DNA from: an uncultured virus (IMG/VR IMGVR_UViG_3300027708_000054) | Taxonomy: Duplodnaviria > Heunggongvirae > Uroviricota > Caudoviricetes | Reading direction: 5' to 3' (one strand) | Length of the DNA stretch: 20,000 nucleotides | Virus record (IMG/VR): IMGVR_UViG_3300027708_000054 | In this document: positions 17,190 to 20,000 of the stretch, one piece after another | Layout of the letters: the number at the start of each line of letters is the position of its first letter | How positions within the stretch are numbered: the first letter of the stretch is position 1 | The notes under the pieces: model-generated | Databases searched by the model: none | What the model was told of the DNA's origin: nothing | Seen by the model: the letters and a program-made list of their open reading frames with translations, nothing else | Translations under genes and position numbers: made by a program

Positions 17190-17583
17190 TGTTGTTGTTC
17201 TAACAGAAAAACAAGCTAGAGCTATAGCTAAAGATCTTGTACATTTAGATGCTGCTAATCAAATCATAGAAGAACAAGAATGCAGAATCAAAAACTTTGA
17301 GAAGAAGGAAGTTCAATTTAAGAATCAGCTAAGTATAAAAGATTCCATCATAACATATCAAAAGGAGATTATTGATATCAATAAACAGATTATCAAGAAC
17401 AAAAGACCTTTTGAGGTGCATGGATATGCTGGTGTTCAAACAACACAATTTACATTAAAAGAACCTACATTATATACAAACCTAATGCTTGAATTTATAA
17501 GATTTAGTATAGGAGCATTATATTTTGTACAACCAAATAACCCTCCAGGTTATGGTGTAATACTAGAATATAACTTATTTTAA
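17113..17583 (+). CDS. Secreted coiled-coil protein with C-terminal amphipathic beta-strands; putative outer-membrane spanin partner
   Basis: Signal peptide MYKLKLLIVFLLVGFKSFSQ with no lipobox Cys, then a coiled coil. The C-terminus has alternating hydrophobic strands ending GYGVILEYNLF. It is in the +1 frame relative to the overlapped upstream gene. Confidence 0.55.
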   Translation: MYKLKLLIVFLLVGFKSFSQIVTKDSVVVLTEKQARAIAKDLVHLDAANQIIEEQECRIKNFEKKEVQFKNQLSIKDSIITYQKEIIDINKQIIKNKRPFEVHGYAGVQTTQFTLKEPTLYTNLMLEFIRFSIGALYFVQPNNPPGYGVILEYNLF

Positions 17584-17589
17584 TAAACC

Positions 17590-18051
17590 ATGGACAAAAC
17601 AACATTAGATAGAATTAATTTATTACATCCTTCTGTAAGAAAAGAAATGGAAGACATTATTAATGAATGTAATAAAGCTCTTACAGGAAGATCACAAGTT
17701 AGAATATCACAAGGACTAAGAACATTTGCAGAGCAAGATGCTTTATTTAACCAAAGACCAAAAGTGACTAATGCTAAAGGTGGACAGTCAGTTCATAATT
17801 ATGGTTTTGCTGTAGACATTGTATTGATTATAGATGGTAAAGATGCTAGCTGGGATACACATAAAGATTGGGATGGAGATAAAATATCAGACTGGGATGA
17901 ATGTGTAAAGATATTTGCTAAGCATGGATGGAGCTGGGGAGGAAATTGGACAAGCTTTAAAGATATGCCTCATTTTGATAAAATAGGTTTTAATAATTGG
18001 AGAACATTACAAACTAAACCTAGAGATAAATCTGGGTATGTAATTATATAA
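17590..18051 (+). CDS. Endolysin, peptidase M15 family (L-alanyl-D-glutamate peptidase, CwlK/Ply500-like)
   Basis: GLRTFAEQDALF, VTNAKGGQSVHNYGFAVD (SxHxxGxAxD Zn motif, 17788-17817) and WGGNWTSFKDMPHF. Confidence 0.93.
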   Translation: MDKTTLDRINLLHPSVRKEMEDIINECNKALTGRSQVRISQGLRTFAEQDALFNQRPKVTNAKGGQSVHNYGFAVDIVLIIDGKDASWDTHKDWDGDKISDWDECVKIFAKHGWSWGGNWTSFKDMPHFDKIGFNNWRTLQTKPRDKSGYVII

Positions 18052-18053
18052 TA

Positions 18054-18191
18054 ATGGCAAAAGTAACCAACACAGTAGAAAAGCTAGTTAAACCAAACAT
18101 AAAACGTCCTGGTGTACATGCTAAATCACAAACATCTTCTTTAAAGAGTTCTAAGAATTATAAGAAACTTTATAGAGGACAAGGTAGATAA
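18054..18191 (+). CDS. Small basic protein, 45 aa, ending YRGQGR (absent from the ORF track)
   Basis: Manual translation gives MAKVTNTVEKLVKPNIKRPGVHAKSQTSSLKSSKNYKKLYRGQGR*. It fits exactly between the endolysin and the next gene. The KxYRGQG C-terminus is a recurrent motif in small phage proteins of unknown function. Confidence 0.75.
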   Translation: MAKVTNTVEKLVKPNIKRPGVHAKSQTSSLKSSKNYKKLYRGQGR

Positions 18192-18194
18192 ACT

Positions 18195-18494
18195 ATGACT
18201 GTAATATTTCAAGGACATGTAGCAACTGATGGTAGTACAAAAATAACTTGTACCACCACTTCTTTGGTTATAAATAGTATTATAATTAATAATCTAGACA
18301 CTGCTTATGTGTTTAATCTAAATAGATATATGACTGGCCCTGGTATACATGAAGTGCCTATATATGAATTCACATTAGATGCAGGAGATTCAGTAAGAGA
18401 TCTTGAAACATACACTCTTGAGAATGGAAACTATTTGCAACTAATTTCTGATGTTCCTGGTACAACATTTTATATTAGTGCTACACAATCATAA
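18195..18494 (+). CDS. Hypothetical beta-rich protein (99 aa), probable tail-associated structural protein
   Basis: Clean ORF rich in predicted beta-strands. Its stop overlaps the tail fibre start (TAATG at 18492-18496). Confidence 0.6.
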   Translation: MTVIFQGHVATDGSTKITCTTTSLVINSIIINNLDTAYVFNLNRYMTGPGIHEVPIYEFTLDAGDSVRDLETYTLENGNYLQLISDVPGTTFYISATQS

Positions 18495-19999
18495 TGGTAC
18501 AGATATTAGATAAATATGGAAACACATCTACCGATGATGCTAGAGTTCTTGTTTTAGATAAAAATGGGAACATAAAGAGAGTTGGTAGTGGAGGTGGTGG
18601 TTCTCCCACTGGTCCTGCTGGTGGTGATTTATCTGGTACATATCCAAATCCCACTGTTGTATGGGCTAATGGAGAAATAGTTTACAATGGTGTATATTAT
18701 CCTCTATCTACAAACCCTGCAGGTTATTTAACTTCTGCCACACTTCCTATATCAGGAACAACTAACTACATACCAAAGTTTACAGGAGCTAATTCATTAG
18801 GTAATTCAAATATTTTAGAATTAGCTTATGGTGTTACATATATAAACTATTCAGGAACAGCAGCGTTAGATGGTAATACACAATTATCAATTCAGAGAGG
18901 TCAATCTCAAGTAGATGTTGCATTAGGTAATCCAAGTATCTCTCAAGTAAGTAGTATAATAAGTGACAATACAGCTGGATTAGAATTAAAATCAAAGGGA
19001 TCTTTAAGTTTAAAAGCTGGATCTACTTATACAGAAGGTATAAATGTAGCCACTACAGGTAAATTAATCTTTACACAAACTCCAGACACAGGAACTACAT
19101 CTGATTATTTATTATTAAGAGATAGTTCAGGAAATGTAAAACAAATTGCATATCCAACTATACCAACTGTTGGAACTTGGGGAGCATTAAACTATCCTAC
19201 TTGGGTATCAGGAACACCATTTGTTAAAATGACTGCTGCTGGTACATTTGCTTTAGATACAAACACATATTTAACAGGTATAACATCATCTGATGTAACA
19301 ACTGCTTTAGGATATACACCAGTTACAAATGCTAGGACATTAACTATTAATGGAACTACATATGATTTAACAGCTGATAGAAGCTGGACAATATCTACAT
19401 CATCATCCCCTCTTACTACTAAGGGTGATTTATTTACATTTAATTCAACAAATGCAAGACTACCAGTAGGATTAGATACTCAAGTATTAATTGCTGATAG
19501 TACAGCATCCACAGGTTTAAAATGGGGAACTAATACTGCTGCAACACCAACAGGTTATTACTTAGCAATATCAGATAGTACAACACAAGATAATCCTACA
19601 GCAAATACACCAAGAGCTGTAAAGTTTAATACTACAGATTTATCTAATGGATTTTCATTACAAACACAAACTGCTGTATTTACAGGAACTATAAATAATG
19701 GTGGTGCTGGTGCAGGAACTGTATTAAATGTTACAGCTGTTACATCAGGAACATTAAAAGTGGGTATGGTATTAACAGGTGGTAGCATAACTGCTGGAAC
19801 TTTTATATCTGCATTTACAAGTGGTACAGGAGGAATAGGTACTTATGTAGTTTCAGTATCACAAAATAGAACATCTGCTACATATACAGGAACAATGACT
19901 TCTCAAATTGTAGTTTCTAATACAGGAATTTACAATTTACAGTTTTCTTCTCAAATGGATAAGAGTGATGCAGGTGTTGATTATGTAAATTTTTGGTTA
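18494..19999 (+). CDS. Tail fibre / receptor-binding protein (3'-partial, >502 aa; absent from the ORF track because it has no stop in the window)
   Basis: ATG at 18494 with the frame open to the window end. Gly/Thr/Ser-rich with typical fibre modules [67 protein letters not shown] and PLTTKGDL...TGLKW. It ends in a C1q/TNF-like head (FNTTDLSNG...[11 protein letters not shown]). Confidence 0.85.
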   Translation, partial: MVQILDKYGNTSTDDARVLVLDKNGNIKRVGSGGGGSPTGPAGGDLSGTYPNPTVVWANGEIVYNGVYYPLSTNPAGYLTSATLPISGTTNYIPKFTGANSLGNSNILELAYGVTYINYSGTAALDGNTQLSIQRGQSQVDVALGNPSISQVSSIISDNTAGLELKSKGSLSLKAGSTYTEGINVATTGKLIFTQTPDTGTTSDYLLLRDSSGNVKQIAYPTIPTVGTWGALNYPTWVSGTPFVKMTAAGTFALDTNTYLTGITSSDVTTALGYTPVTNARTLTINGTTYDLTADRSWTISTSSSPLTTKGDLFTFNSTNARLPVGLDTQVLIADSTASTGLKWGTNTAATPTGYYLAISDSTTQDNPTANTPRAVKFNTTDLSNGFSLQTQTAVFTGTINNGGAGAGTVLNVTAVTSGTLKVGMVLTGGSITAGTFISAFTSGTGGIGTYVVSVSQNRTSATYTGTMTSQIVVSNTGIYNLQFSSQMDKSDAGVDYVNFWL

Positions 20000-20000
20000 A

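Noticed and set aside
17187..17231. Stop-codon reassignment (TAG or TGA recoding, known in some crAss-like phages)
   Set aside because: The giant ORFs are uninterrupted in the standard code. Reading through the only TAG stop (17187-17189) gives an implausible CCCSNRKTS tail.
19558..19788. Minus-strand 76-aa ORF
   Set aside because: Antisense shadow of the Thr/Gly-rich tail fibre gene.
19998..20000. TAA at the very end of the window as the tail fibre stop
   Set aside because: It is out of frame. The fibre frame reads TTT TGG TTA A.., so the gene continues past the window.

Overview
AT-rich, all plus-strand segment of a Crassvirales-like (crAss-like) tailed phage genome, probably infecting Bacteroidota, read in the standard code. 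It holds two giant putative virion-packaged (ejected) proteins. The first is 5'-truncated, >3175 aa, and has a double-psi-barrel RNA polymerase core with the GSDFDIDK catalytic motif. It also carries ASCH-like, zincin-like and C-terminal NADAR-like accessory domains. The second is 2082 aa with an EVQSD (possibly GNAT-like) domain, a second atypical zincin, a PD-(D/E)xK nuclease-like domain and a helical C-terminus with a hydrophobic segment. These are followed by a small virion-type gene, a regulatory intergenic region and a lysis cassette (membrane coiled-coil protein, holin missed by the ORF track, overlapping spanin-like pair, M15 peptidase endolysin). The window ends with a small basic YRGQG protein, a small structural gene and a 3'-truncated mosaic tail fibre. 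The most interesting signals are candidate counter-defence cargo domains fused to the injected RNA polymerase, and a spanin-like pair whose outer partner looks beta-strand-anchored rather than lipid-anchored. All domain calls come from motif recognition by eye; no searches were run.
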